A DNA stretch of 64,000 nt from Actinomycetota bacterium (lineage in GTDB: Bacteria > Actinomycetota > Actinomycetes > Actinomycetales > Cellulomonadaceae): contig JAHIJU010000247.1 of the NCBI GenBank assembly GCA_018898235.1, positions 13,124 to 77,123 of the forward strand. Reading direction: 5' to 3'. Below the pieces are notes generated by a model that searched no databases, was not told the DNA's origin, and worked only from the letters and a program-made list of their open reading frames with translations. This document shows, piece after piece, positions 51,884 through 61,136 of the stretch; within the stretch, counting starts at the first letter, position 1, and the number at the start of each line of letters is the position of its first letter. Both the position numbers and the translations under genes were made by a program.

Positions 51884-52941
51884 CCGTCCCCGCCGACGTC
51901 ACCGTCGTCGTCGTCACCTGGCGCGCGCGCCGTCTCGTGCTGCGATGCCTCGACTCGCTGGCGCAGCAGGAGCTGGGCGACCTGCGCATGGACGTCGTGG
52001 TCGTGGACAACGACTCCCAGGACGGGACCCCCGAGGCGGTCGCGGCTGCGCACCCGGGCGTCACGGTCGTGCGCTCGCAGGAGAACCGCGGCTTCGCCGG
52101 CGGCAACAACCTCGCGCTGCGGTCGGTCGTGTCGCCGGTGGTCATCCTGCTCAACAACGACGCGGTAGCCGACCGGACATTCGTGTCGACGATCTGCCGC
52201 CAGTTGCTCGACGCGCCACCGGAGGTTGCGGCGGTGACCGGCCGGGTGCTGTTGGCCGCATCCTTCAGAGCCGCGCGTCCCGACGACCGCGACGTCGTCC
52301 ACGGACCCGACGGTGACTGGGTCGTGGACCCGGGCGGCGACATCATCCTGGTCAACTCGACCGGGAACCAGATCCGTACCGACGGCTACGGCGTGGACCG
52401 AGGGTGGCTGGCCCGGTCGAGCATGCATCGACCGGGTGAATCGGTCTTCGGCTTCTGCGGCGCCGCCGCTGGCCTTCGAGTGTCCGCACTCGCGGACGTG
52501 GGCCTGTTCGACGATGACTTCTTCCTCTACTACGAGGACTCCGACCTGTCCTGGCGCCTCCGTCTCGCCGGCTATCGGGTGACGCACTGCGCCGACGCGG
52601 TCGTGCGGCACGACCACGCGACGTCCACCGGTGAGGGCAGCGACCTCTTCCGGTTCCACGACTGGCGCAACCGCCTCCTCATGCTGACGAAGAACGCCAC
52701 CGCAGGGATGGCCGCACGAGCGGTGCTGCACTTCATCGGCACGACCGCCTCCGTCGCCCTCCGGCGGCGAGGGTCCGGTCACGAGGTCCGGCTCCGACTT
52801 CGCGTGCTGGCTTCCTATGCCGCCCTGCTGCCTCGGGCGCTCCGTCACCGCGCAGCCATCGCCCGGGCGGCACGTGTGTCGCGGTCCGTCGTGCAACGCG
52901 AGCTGGTCGCACCGGACGTCTCACGCGGGCTGCGGGTCTGA
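51880..52941 (+). CDS. GT2 glycosyltransferase (rhamnosyltransferase-like)
   Basis: VVDNDSQDGT, NRGFAGGNN, LLNNDA, FDDDFFLYYEDSDLSWR; GTGA overlap with upstream gene. Confidence 0.9.
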   Translation: MTVPADVTVVVVTWRARRLVLRCLDSLAQQELGDLRMDVVVVDNDSQDGTPEAVAAAHPGVTVVRSQENRGFAGGNNLALRSVVSPVVILLNNDAVADRTFVSTICRQLLDAPPEVAAVTGRVLLAASFRAARPDDRDVVHGPDGDWVVDPGGDIILVNSTGNQIRTDGYGVDRGWLARSSMHRPGESVFGFCGAAAGLRVSALADVGLFDDDFFLYYEDSDLSWRLRLAGYRVTHCADAVVRHDHATSTGEGSDLFRFHDWRNRLLMLTKNATAGMAARAVLHFIGTTASVALRRRGSGHEVRLRLRVLASYAALLPRALRHRAAIARAARVSRSVVQRELVAPDVSRGLRV

Positions 52942-52952
52942 CCGGTCGACGC

Positions 52953-54089
52953 TCACGACGTCAGGGCAGCCGATCGGTAGACGGCCGCATGCGCGCGGGC
53001 GGACGCCTCCCAGGTGAACGATGCCGCATGGGTGCGCAGCGCGGTCCGGGCCGGACGCGGCGTGCCGGTAGCCCGGATCAACGCCTGGGCCATGTCGTCG
53101 ACGTCGGTCGGGTCCACGAGCTCGGCCAGGCCTCCCGCGAGCTCCGCCATCGACGTCCCCCGAGTCGTCACCACCGGAACGCCGTGCGCCATCGCCTCGA
53201 GCACGGGCAACCCGAAACCCTCCCACAACGAGGGGAACGCGAAGACGTCCGCGCCTTCGTAGGCCGTCTGGAGATCGGCGTCGTCCAGCCTGCCGAGCAG
53301 GCGCACCGACCCGTCGGGCAGGTGCCCGGCCAGCTCGCGCACGTCCTGAGCAGCCGATCCCCACCCGTCCGGGCCGACGACGACGAGCGTGTGGTCGGGA
53401 AGGCCGGACTCTCGCGCCGCCGCAAAGGCTGCGACGAGACGCGGCAGATTCTTGCGCGACTCCATGGTCCCGCACCACATCACATAGGGACCCGCGACGC
53501 CGTGCCGCTGCCGCCACGCACGGACCGCATCGGCCTGCACGACCGCAACGCGCACGCCGTGCGGGATCACATCGATCCGCCGGGGCTCGATCCCGTGCTC
53601 GACGCAGTCGTCCCTCGTGGTCGTCGACGGCACGACGACGCGATCGGCCTCCGCCCCGACGACCTCAAGCGCCCGCCGGAAGTACGAGTTGCCGCGGCGG
53701 GTGAAGTGCGCCGGATCTCGAAGGAAGGCCAGGTCGTGCACCGTCACGACCAGCGGGCGGCGCGTGCCCGGCACCGCCCACGTCGTGGCGTGGACCACAT
53801 CCGCGGGCGCCAGCCACTCAGCCCGCGGCAGGCGCACGCGGTTCCATGCCTCGTAGGTCGCCACCCGAGGAAGGCCGGAGGACCGCACCGGGAAGGGCGG
53901 CTCGTAGGACGTCACGGCGCCGGGCCGGTGATGCGCAGCGAGGCCGACGAGGCGCGGCGAGCCCAGTGCCTCGAGTGACCTCGTGAGCTCCGCCACGTAT
54001 GTCCCCGAACCACCAGGGACCGGCTGCCAGCACTGCTCGACGGTCACCGCGACGCGCAGGTCGCATCCGTCGACGTCGTCGGGTCTCAC
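52953..54089 (-). CDS. GT4 glycosyltransferase
   Basis: PGGSGTY, VTVHDLAF, GTMESRKNL, PSLWEGFGLPVLEAMAHG. Confidence 0.92.
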   Translation of the reverse strand: MRPDDVDGCDLRVAVTVEQCWQPVPGGSGTYVAELTRSLEALGSPRLVGLAAHHRPGAVTSYEPPFPVRSSGLPRVATYEAWNRVRLPRAEWLAPADVVHATTWAVPGTRRPLVVTVHDLAFLRDPAHFTRRGNSYFRRALEVVGAEADRVVVPSTTTRDDCVEHGIEPRRIDVIPHGVRVAVVQADAVRAWRQRHGVAGPYVMWCGTMESRKNLPRLVAAFAAARESGLPDHTLVVVGPDGWGSAAQDVRELAGHLPDGSVRLLGRLDDADLQTAYEGADVFAFPSLWEGFGLPVLEAMAHGVPVVTTRGTSMAELAGGLAELVDPTDVDDMAQALIRATGTPRPARTALRTHAASFTWEASARAHAAVYRSAALTS

Positions 54090-54195
54090 CGCATCAGGAT
54101 AGGGAGATCGACGCCTACGCCCGTTCCTGCCGTCCGGATGCCGCGCGGCAACCGTCCGATCGAACGCCCACCGCTCCCGCCGGGCATGACACCGC

Positions 54196-56400
54196 TCACC
54201 GCGTCACGTCGCGGCACCCGAGCAACGCGTGCGGCGGCCCAGCGAGGTTGATGGCATACACGCACACCGTGTGCCGACCGACCGACACCGACCTGCTCGC
54301 AGCGAACCCGACCCGCGAGTCACGCCCATACGCCGCCCCCACATCGGCCCGCGCCCCATCCGCGAGCACCGCAACACCCACACCATCGACATACACATGC
54401 ACACTCGTCGGCCCCGCCGTGTCCGGATCGAACGCCCACCCCGACACCAGCACCGTCGACCCCGACACACCCACCGACTCGATCACACCCACCGGCGGGC
54501 TCCCGACCCGGAGCTCGCTGCAGCGCAGCGTCGTCGGCGCTCCTCCGGCCGAGTCGATGGCATAGACACACACCGTGGGGTTGCCCTCAGCGACGGTGGT
54601 CGTCAAGGCGAAGCCGTGGTTGGCGCCCCGCCCGTACGCAGCGGCGACATCGGGCCGTGGCAGATCAGCTGGCACGACGACGCCCCGGGACCCGATGTAC
54701 ACGTGCACGCTCGTCGACTCGTCGGAGTCAGGATCGAGCGTCCACCCGGCCACCGTCAGCGTCGTCCCGACGACCTTCAGGACATCGACAGCACCGATCG
54801 GTGCTCTGTTGACGACCGAGACGACCTTGCACCCCAGCAGGATGATCCCGCTGCCGTCGAGCCGTCGCGGCTCGATGCACACGACGTGGCGACCGGGTCC
54901 CACCGCGAAGGTGGCAGCGAAGCCGTGCTCGCTCCCGGCCGCCGGGTACGCCGACCCGACGTCGGAGCGTGCGAGGTTGGCCGCGACGGTCGTGACCGCA
55001 CCGTCGAGCCGGACATCGACTCCGAGCGGCGCCGTCGAGCCGGGGTCCAGCACCCACCCGGACACGCTGAGCGCGGTCGACGTCACCGAGAGCCCCTCCC
55101 AGACACCCGTTGGAGCAGCCGCGATCGACGCGTTGGCCACCTGCGCGACCCGCGCTCGGATCGTCGGCAGGAGGTCGTAGAGGTACTGGCCAGGACAGGC
55201 GGTCGACTGCGCGTCGCGGTGCCCGTAGATCGTCGGGAACGACACGACGGCGCCCTCGGGGTAGACCGAGGCCCCGCCGCCGGACACCATCGTGACCTGG
55301 TCGCCGGCGACGATGTGGTGGATGGCGGCCTTCCACGCGATCAACGAGACGAGCGCATCGGTCAGCGCGGCCGGGACGGGGGTCGCCGAGTAGTCGCCGA
55401 TCGCGGCGATGCCGATGGTCCGGCTGTTGAACCCGCCGGTGTGGACGCCGACGACCGTCGAGGTCATGCCACCGGCCCGGCCCTCGAAGATGCGCCCGAA
55501 CCTGTCGACCAGGAAGTTGTAGCCGATGTCGCACCAGCCGCGACTCTGCACGTGGTAGGCGTAGAAGCCACGGATGAGCGCCGGGACCTCCTCGGCGCTG
55601 TAACCGTTGGCCGACGCCGTGTGATGCACGGCGACGGCCCGCATGGCGGCGGAGTAGTCAGGCTCGCACGTTCGAAGGGACTCGTCGGCGCCCCAACCTG
55701 CCCGGGTAACGACCGACGGCTGACCGGGCGCGGACACCGAAGCGGCGGCAACCGATCCCGCGGCATCGCTCGCAAAGACGCCCGGGTCTACCACTGAGGC
55801 ACGCAGCCCCGAGATCGTTCCGGACGGCGAGTCGGCCCAGACCTGGATCCCGTCGCCGTTCTTCACGACGACGGGATCGGTGCCGGGTCGGGCCGAGGCC
55901 TCCGGTGACGCGCCGTCGGCGGTGGCGTCGCCGGCGGCGATCTCCTGCCATCCCGACCACTCTCCGCTCTCGCGCACCCGGTAGCGGATCGAGGCGTCGT
56001 CGGTGCCGCTGTCCCACGTGAACCCGAGGACGCTGAATGCCGGGGTGGTGACCTCGCCCGTCAGCACGTCAGGCTGCGGCTCGGCGCCGGGGGCCGCCTC
56101 CGCAGCGACGGTCGGGCCCGCCGCTTCCGGCGCGGCGGACAACGCCTCGGGCTCCAGGGGCGGGGTCGAGGTCCTTGCCGTCGAGGCGATCGACGGCTCG
56201 GCCGTCGGACCCGACTCGACGACGGGGACACCGGAGAGCTCGCGCGCCGCAACGTCGTCCACCCCGGAGAGCGGGATCTGGGTCACGACGGTGTGGCCCG
56301 GGGAGCCAGAGGCGCCCCCCGAGGACTCCCCCACCAGCGACGGGCCCGATCCGACTCCCGAGACGACCAGGACCACCGTCATCAGGGCAACAGCGCGCAT
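54196..56400 (-). CDS. Secreted N-acetylmuramoyl-L-alanine amidase (Amidase_2/PGRP-like) with three C-terminal repeats
   Basis: Hydrophobic N-terminus; TRAGWGADE, VHHTA, GWCDIGYNFLVD..G.IFEGRAGG, HTGGFN, GHRDAQSTACPG (His/His/Cys Zn ligands); start uncertain. Confidence 0.88.
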   Translation of the reverse strand: MRAVALMTVVLVVSGVGSGPSLVGESSGGASGSPGHTVVTQIPLSGVDDVAARELSGVPVVESGPTAEPSIASTARTSTPPLEPEALSAAPEAAGPTVAAEAAPGAEPQPDVLTGEVTTPAFSVLGFTWDSGTDDASIRYRVRESGEWSGWQEIAAGDATADGASPEASARPGTDPVVVKNGDGIQVWADSPSGTISGLRASVVDPGVFASDAAGSVAAASVSAPGQPSVVTRAGWGADESLRTCEPDYSAAMRAVAVHHTASANGYSAEEVPALIRGFYAYHVQSRGWCDIGYNFLVDRFGRIFEGRAGGMTSTVVGVHTGGFNSRTIGIAAIGDYSATPVPAALTDALVSLIAWKAAIHHIVAGDQVTMVSGGGASVYPEGAVVSFPTIYGHRDAQSTACPGQYLYDLLPTIRARVAQVANASIAAAPTGVWEGLSVTSTALSVSGWVLDPGSTAPLGVDVRLDGAVTTVAANLARSDVGSAYPAAGSEHGFAATFAVGPGRHVVCIEPRRLDGSGIILLGCKVVSVVNRAPIGAVDVLKVVGTTLTVAGWTLDPDSDESTSVHVYIGSRGVVVPADLPRPDVAAAYGRGANHGFALTTTVAEGNPTVCVYAIDSAGGAPTTLRCSELRVGSPPVGVIESVGVSGSTVLVSGWAFDPDTAGPTSVHVYVDGVGVAVLADGARADVGAAYGRDSRVGFAASRSVSVGRHTVCVYAINLAGPPHALLGCRDVTR
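54200..55113 (-). repeat. Three ~100-aa protein repeats at the amidase C-terminus
   Basis: Units begin near 55113, 54801 and 54495; consensus PxG......VxGWxxDP.....V.V........A...R.DV..AY.....GF........G...VC.......L.C. Confidence 0.85.
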
Positions 56401-56506
56401 GGATCGTGTCCGATCTGTGGGTTGTCGCCTCCCGCCGTGCCATCGCGGCGCGAGGTACTCCTCATGAGATAGTTGCACGCGCCCGGGCAAGACGATCGGA
56501 GGCGGC

Positions 56507-57118
56507 GTGCGAGACCTGTCGGACGGCGCGAGCCCATCCACCCCATTCACCGCTCGCTCAGGAGCCACGCGCTCCGAACGACCGTTCGCTGTGCTGATCG
56601 CCCTCTGCGCGGCGGTCGCTCTCGGCGGCTGCAGCGTCGGCGGCGCGCAGCCGGCGCCCTCCACGTCGAGCCCGGCTGCCACGGTCTCGGCGACGCACTC
56701 GTCCACGCCCACGCCTACGCCCTCCGTGACCCGTGCGGTCGCGCAGGCGACCGACGGCGCCTCACCTGCCGGCCCGACGAGCACCAGCCCGACGAGCACC
56801 GGCCCGACGGCGGTGTCGGTCGCCGCAGCGGTGACGATCACGTCCGCCGACTGGAACCCCACCGCGTCCGCCCTCGAGGTCAGCGCCTACGTCGACGTCC
56901 TCCAAGCCGATGGCACCTGCACGCTCGTCGTCACGGGTCCCGGTGGCGTGACGCAGCGGATCTCGACGCCTGCTCAGCCCGACGCCTCGACCACCAGCTG
57001 CGGGTTGATGTCCGTGAGCCGAGACCGCCTCGCATCCGGCTCGTGGAGCGGTGCGGTCGAATACTCCGCACCGCAGACCTCAGGGCAGGCGACATTTGGG
57101 CCGATAGGGGTTCCGTGA
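56507..57118 (+). CDS. Putative lipoprotein with Ser/Thr/Pro-rich linker
   Basis: FAVLIALCAAVALGGC lipobox-like; C-terminal ~90-aa beta-rich domain with two Cys; TGATG overlap with next gene. Confidence 0.65.
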   Translation: MRDLSDGASPSTPFTARSGATRSERPFAVLIALCAAVALGGCSVGGAQPAPSTSSPAATVSATHSSTPTPTPSVTRAVAQATDGASPAGPTSTSPTSTGPTAVSVAAAVTITSADWNPTASALEVSAYVDVLQADGTCTLVVTGPGGVTQRISTPAQPDASTTSCGLMSVSRDRLASGSWSGAVEYSAPQTSGQATFGPIGVP

Positions 57119-58554
57119 TGAGCTCCCGTTCGACCCAGCGTGTTCGTCTCCCCCGGCTCGTTGCCGCGTTTGCTGTGCTCGCAACGTTCTGCGTCGGCCT
57201 GGGAACGGCATCGAGCGCTTCCGGGGCCGACCTGTCGCGGTTCGACCCGGGCCTGATCATCACCGACAGGAACTTCACCGACTCGACGTCGATGGACGCG
57301 ACGCAGGTCCAAGCGTTCCTCGACCAGCGCGCCCCCTCGTGCGTCTCGGGGTCCGACGGGACGCCATGCCTGCGCGTTGCCCGGTTCGACACGGCGACGC
57401 GCACCGCCGACGCCCAGTGTCGTGGAGGGTATGCCGGAGCGGCCAACGAGTCCGCTGCCACGATCATCACGAAGGTGGCTGCCGGCTGCGCGATCAGTCC
57501 GCGGGTGATCCTGGTCATGCTGCAGAAGGAGCAGGGACTCGTCACCGCGAGCGGTTCGTCGCTGTCCGCGACCCGGTACCGGTCGGCCATGGGGTTCGGC
57601 TGCCCGGACACGGCGGCGTGCGACGCGAAGTACTACGGCTTCTTCAACCAGGTGTACCAAGCAGCCTGGCAGTTCAACAACTACGCGCTGAACCCGACGA
57701 GGTACGCCCACCGCGCCGGGGTGGCGAACCAGGTGCGCTTCAGCCCCGACGCGACCTGCGGGACCTCGACCGTCTACATCGCCAACCAGGCGACCGCGAG
57801 CCTGTACAACTACACGCCGTACCAGCCCAACGCGGCTGCACTCGCGGCAGGCTACGGCAGGGGCGACGGCTGCTCGTCCTACGGGAACAGGAACTTCTGG
57901 GCCTACTACACCGACTGGTTCGGGCGGCCCGATGCAGGCGACCCGATCGGCCGGGTCGAGTCCGTGACCGCGACGTCGAGCACGATCTCCGTCTCGGGCT
58001 GGGCACTCGACCCGAGCACGGAGACGAGCAACGAGGTCCACGTGTACGTCGACGGCGTCGGCACTCGGGTGTCGGCGAACCAACCACGAACCGATGTCGC
58101 GGCCGCGTTCAGGATGGGTGCGAATCACGGCTTCAACTTCAGCACCGCCGCGCCGCTCGGAGCCCATTCGGTCTGCGTCTACTCGATGGGGGTCGCGCGC
58201 CAGGCATTCACCTTGCTCGGCTGTCAGCCCGTCACGGTGGCCGGGCGCACACCGGTCGGCGTGGTCGAGGCGGTCACCACCACTGCCACGACCATCACGG
58301 TCTCCGGCTGGGCGTGGGACCCCGACACCTCTGACGCGACCGACGTGCACGTCTACATCGACGGGGTCGGGACCGCGGTGCACGCCGACGGCCCGCGGCC
58401 CGACGTCGCGGCGGCCTACGGCACCACGCCGACCCGCGGCTTCGGCTACACCAGAACCGTTGGCGCCGGCGCCCACTCCGTCTGCGCCTACGCCATCAAC
58501 ATCGGCGGCGGACCCAACCCCCTCCTCGGCTGCCGCACCGTGACCACCGGCTAG
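57118..58554 (+). CDS. Secreted protein with putative lysozyme-like domain and two C-terminal repeats
   Basis: Signal peptide ending ASSASG/A; FDPGLIITD, ISPRVILVMLQKEQGLV, AMGFGCPD, YYGFFNQV, LYNYTPYQPN, GNRNFW..Y.DWFG. Confidence 0.78.
   Translation: MSSRSTQRVRLPRLVAAFAVLATFCVGLGTASSASGADLSRFDPGLIITDRNFTDSTSMDATQVQAFLDQRAPSCVSGSDGTPCLRVARFDTATRTADAQCRGGYAGAANESAATIITKVAAGCAISPRVILVMLQKEQGLVTASGSSLSATRYRSAMGFGCPDTAACDAKYYGFFNQVYQAAWQFNNYALNPTRYAHRAGVANQVRFSPDATCGTSTVYIANQATASLYNYTPYQPNAAALAAGYGRGDGCSSYGNRNFWAYYTDWFGRPDAGDPIGRVESVTATSSTISVSGWALDPSTETSNEVHVYVDGVGTRVSANQPRTDVAAAFRMGANHGFNFSTAAPLGAHSVCVYSMGVARQAFTLLGCQPVTVAGRTPVGVVEAVTTTATTITVSGWAWDPDTSDATDVHVYIDGVGTAVHADGPRPDVAAAYGTTPTRGFGYTRTVGAGAHSVCAYAINIGGGPNPLLGCRTVTTG
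57943..58548 (+). repeat. Two ~100-aa repeats homologous to the amidase repeats
   Basis: Units begin at 57943 (PIGRVESV) and 58252 (PVGVVEAV), period 309 nt; VSGWAxDP, VHVYxDGVG, RxDVAAA, HSVC, LLGC. Confidence 0.85.
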
Positions 58555-58894
58555 CGTCCAGCTCTCCGGGACTGCCGCGGGTTCGGTCGCACCCTTGTCT
58601 GCGACCTGATCGGCGACGACGAGCCCGATCGGTGGCCCTGGGGCGCTTCCCCGGCGAGAGCCAGACGCACGGGGACATGACCACCGAGCCCTGTCGGGCC
58701 AGGCGAACGCGCCTGCCCGAGCCGGTCTGCACCCGCACGGACCTCGCCGAACCCGGCGCTCGCGCCCCGCTCCGCCTCGACGCCTGAGACCTTCGCCGTC
58801 GAGGCCTCACCGACCTGCGTCCGCTCGCCCTCGGTGTCGGTCGAACGTGACGCTGTCTCCAGCCTGTACCGTTGCCGGGCTGAGAGGGAGCGGT

Positions 58895-60004
58895 GTGGAA
58901 CGACGGTTCGAACTCGACTCGCTGCGTGGAATCGCGGCGATCGCAGTGCTGCTCTACCACGCGCTCGCCCTGAACTCGCTGACCCTGACCGCGGGGCTCT
59001 CGCTGAAGCCGGTCGTCGGAACCGCGGCGAACCTGCTGGTGTACTCGCCGCTGCACGGCATCTGGCTCGGCGGCGAGTCGGTGTGGTTCTTCTTCGTCCT
59101 CTCAGGGTTCGTCCTGACCAAGGCATCGATGCGACCGACCTTCACCTGGGACGCGTACTACCCCAGCCGACTGGTGCGGCTCTACCTTCCGGTGTTCGGT
59201 GCCGTGGCGCTCGCCTGGGTGACGTATCTGTACCCACATGTCCTGCGGCCCGAGATGGACCAGCTCCTGCCGGTCGACGACCCGCCCTCGCACCTGCTCT
59301 ACGACCTGACGCTCCTGGGTGGCACGACGACCTCGCTGGGGGTGCTCTGGTCGCTGCAGTGGGAGGTCGTGTTCTCGCTCACGCTGCCGGTGTACCTGCT
59401 CGTTGCGCGCCGTCACCCGCTCATCGGTGGCGCCGTCGGTGTCGCCCTCGGCCTCGCTGGCTGGACGTGGAACAACCCCGGATCGATGTACCTGCCGATG
59501 TTCTTCCTCGGCGTCGTCCTGGCAACGCAGTGGGATCGGGTCTCCGCCCTGCTCGCGTTCATGTCGTCGGGGCGAGCATGGACGCACGTGGTCGGCGTCG
59601 TCGTGCTCGCGCTCGCCTGGTCCGGGTTGTCGTCCTACTACCTCCTCGGCCCGCACCTCGGCTCGGCCGCCCGTATCGGGACGGTGCCGATCGTGCTCGC
59701 CGCGATCGCCGTGATCATCTGTCTCGCGCAGACATGGCCCCCGCTGCGCTCGGTGCTGTCGGTGCGGCCGTTGACGTTCGCGGGCAAGGCCTCCTACAGC
59801 CTGTACCTGGTGCACCTGCCGATCGTGGTCCTCTTCCTGTTCGTGCTCGTGCCGGGGCCGCGCGCAGCTGTCACGGCCATCGTCGTGGCGCTCACGGTCG
59901 CGGTTGCCTTCTACTTCGTGGTCGAGAAGCCAGCGCACAAGCTGTCACGTCTGGTCGGTGCCCGGGTTCGGAACCTGGGCACCGGGTCGACGGCCACGAC
60001 CTAG
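58895..60004 (+). CDS. Acyltransferase_3 (OafA-like) membrane O-acyltransferase
   Basis: ELDSLRGIAA..V..YH, FFFVLSGFVL, RLVRLYLP, WSLQWE, GKASYSLYLVH, VVEKP; GAGGGAG RBS. Confidence 0.92.
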   Translation: MERRFELDSLRGIAAIAVLLYHALALNSLTLTAGLSLKPVVGTAANLLVYSPLHGIWLGGESVWFFFVLSGFVLTKASMRPTFTWDAYYPSRLVRLYLPVFGAVALAWVTYLYPHVLRPEMDQLLPVDDPPSHLLYDLTLLGGTTTSLGVLWSLQWEVVFSLTLPVYLLVARRHPLIGGAVGVALGLAGWTWNNPGSMYLPMFFLGVVLATQWDRVSALLAFMSSGRAWTHVVGVVVLALAWSGLSSYYLLGPHLGSAARIGTVPIVLAAIAVIICLAQTWPPLRSVLSVRPLTFAGKASYSLYLVHLPIVVLFLFVLVPGPRAAVTAIVVALTVAVAFYFVVEKPAHKLSRLVGARVRNLGTGSTATT

Positions 60005-60230
60005 CCACCCGGGGAGCAGGACAGGGGCGTAGTCCTGCGCGCCGGCGGAGCGAGCTGGGGCGCGCAGGAGGACCGCGGCTGACCAGGGCCGCAGTCCCGG
60101 TCCGGCCTGGCGGCACGTGGCGCACGCCGTCTCCACCGGGGGAAGGGGCCGTCGGACCGGCCACGTCGGTGGAGGTAGCCTGTGTCGACCTTCCGGACGA
60201 GCGGAAGGTGCGAACCAACCGAGGGGCCCC

Positions 60231-61136
60231 ATGTCCGAACCTGCGGATCTCCGTATGCGTGAGCTCGCGGACTACCCACTACGCAACGCCGGATCAGAGC
60301 AGGGATTCCTCCGAGGCACCGTCGCCTCCCTGAGCGACATCGCCGCGCACCGCGAGCTGCTCGGCCAGCTCGTGCGACGCGAGCTCAAGGCCCGCTACAA
60401 GGACAGCGCGCTCGGTTTCGTCTGGAGCCTGATCCGGCCGCTCACGATGCTCCTGGTGTACTACGTCGCGCTGGGCCAGTTCCTGGGCGCCGCCCGCAAC
60501 ACCCCGTCGTTCGCGATCTTCGTGTACTGCGGCCTCGCTGCCTGGACCCTCTTCAACGAGTCGGTGACGTCCGGGACGATGTCGATCGTCCAGAACGCGG
60601 GTCTGGTCAAGAAGGTCTACCTCCCGCGCGAGGTGTTCCCGCTCGCGGCGGTGGGTTCGGCGGCCTTCAACTTCGGGATGCAGGTGGTCATCCTCCTGTC
60701 CGCAACGGCGCTGGCCAGGCAGTTCCCCGTCGGGACCCGCTGGGGGTACTTCCCGCTCGCCCTCGCGGTCACCCTTGTCTACTCCACCTTGCTCGCGCTC
60801 GTGCTCTCCGCCCTGAACGTCTACCTGCGGGATGTGCAGTACATCGTCGAGGTCGGCCTTCAGCTGCTCTTCTGGGCTTCGCCGATCGTCTACCCCTGGC
60901 ACCTGGTCGTCCAGCACATCGGCGGAACCTGGCTAGAACAGCTGTACCTCGCCAATCCGATGACTCTTGTGACCCTTGGTTTTCAGCGGACCTTCTGGGT
61001 CGCGGGGGTCGCGGAGCCGTTTCCCGCTGACCTGTCAGCCAGACTCGGGATCGTGCTTGCCATCGGCCTGGTGCTGCTGTGGCTCGGACAGCGTCTCTTC
61101 GCCAATCTGCAGAGCAACTTCGCTCAGGAGCTGTGA
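60231..61136 (+). CDS. wzm: Polysaccharide ABC transporter permease
   Basis: LVRRELKARYKDSALGFVWSL, LVKKVYLPRE, LNVYLRDV, FWASPIVY, NPM. Confidence 0.93.
   Translation: MSEPADLRMRELADYPLRNAGSEQGFLRGTVASLSDIAAHRELLGQLVRRELKARYKDSALGFVWSLIRPLTMLLVYYVALGQFLGAARNTPSFAIFVYCGLAAWTLFNESVTSGTMSIVQNAGLVKKVYLPREVFPLAAVGSAAFNFGMQVVILLSATALARQFPVGTRWGYFPLALAVTLVYSTLLALVLSALNVYLRDVQYIVEVGLQLLFWASPIVYPWHLVVQHIGGTWLEQLYLANPMTLVTLGFQRTFWVAGVAEPFPADLSARLGIVLAIGLVLLWLGQRLFANLQSNFAQEL

Noticed and set aside
54200-58550. Inverted repeat copies as an invertible element or a diversity-generating retroelement TR/VR pair
   Set aside because: Similarity is mainly at the protein level with many synonymous differences; no adenine-specific pattern, and no recombinase or reverse transcriptase in the window
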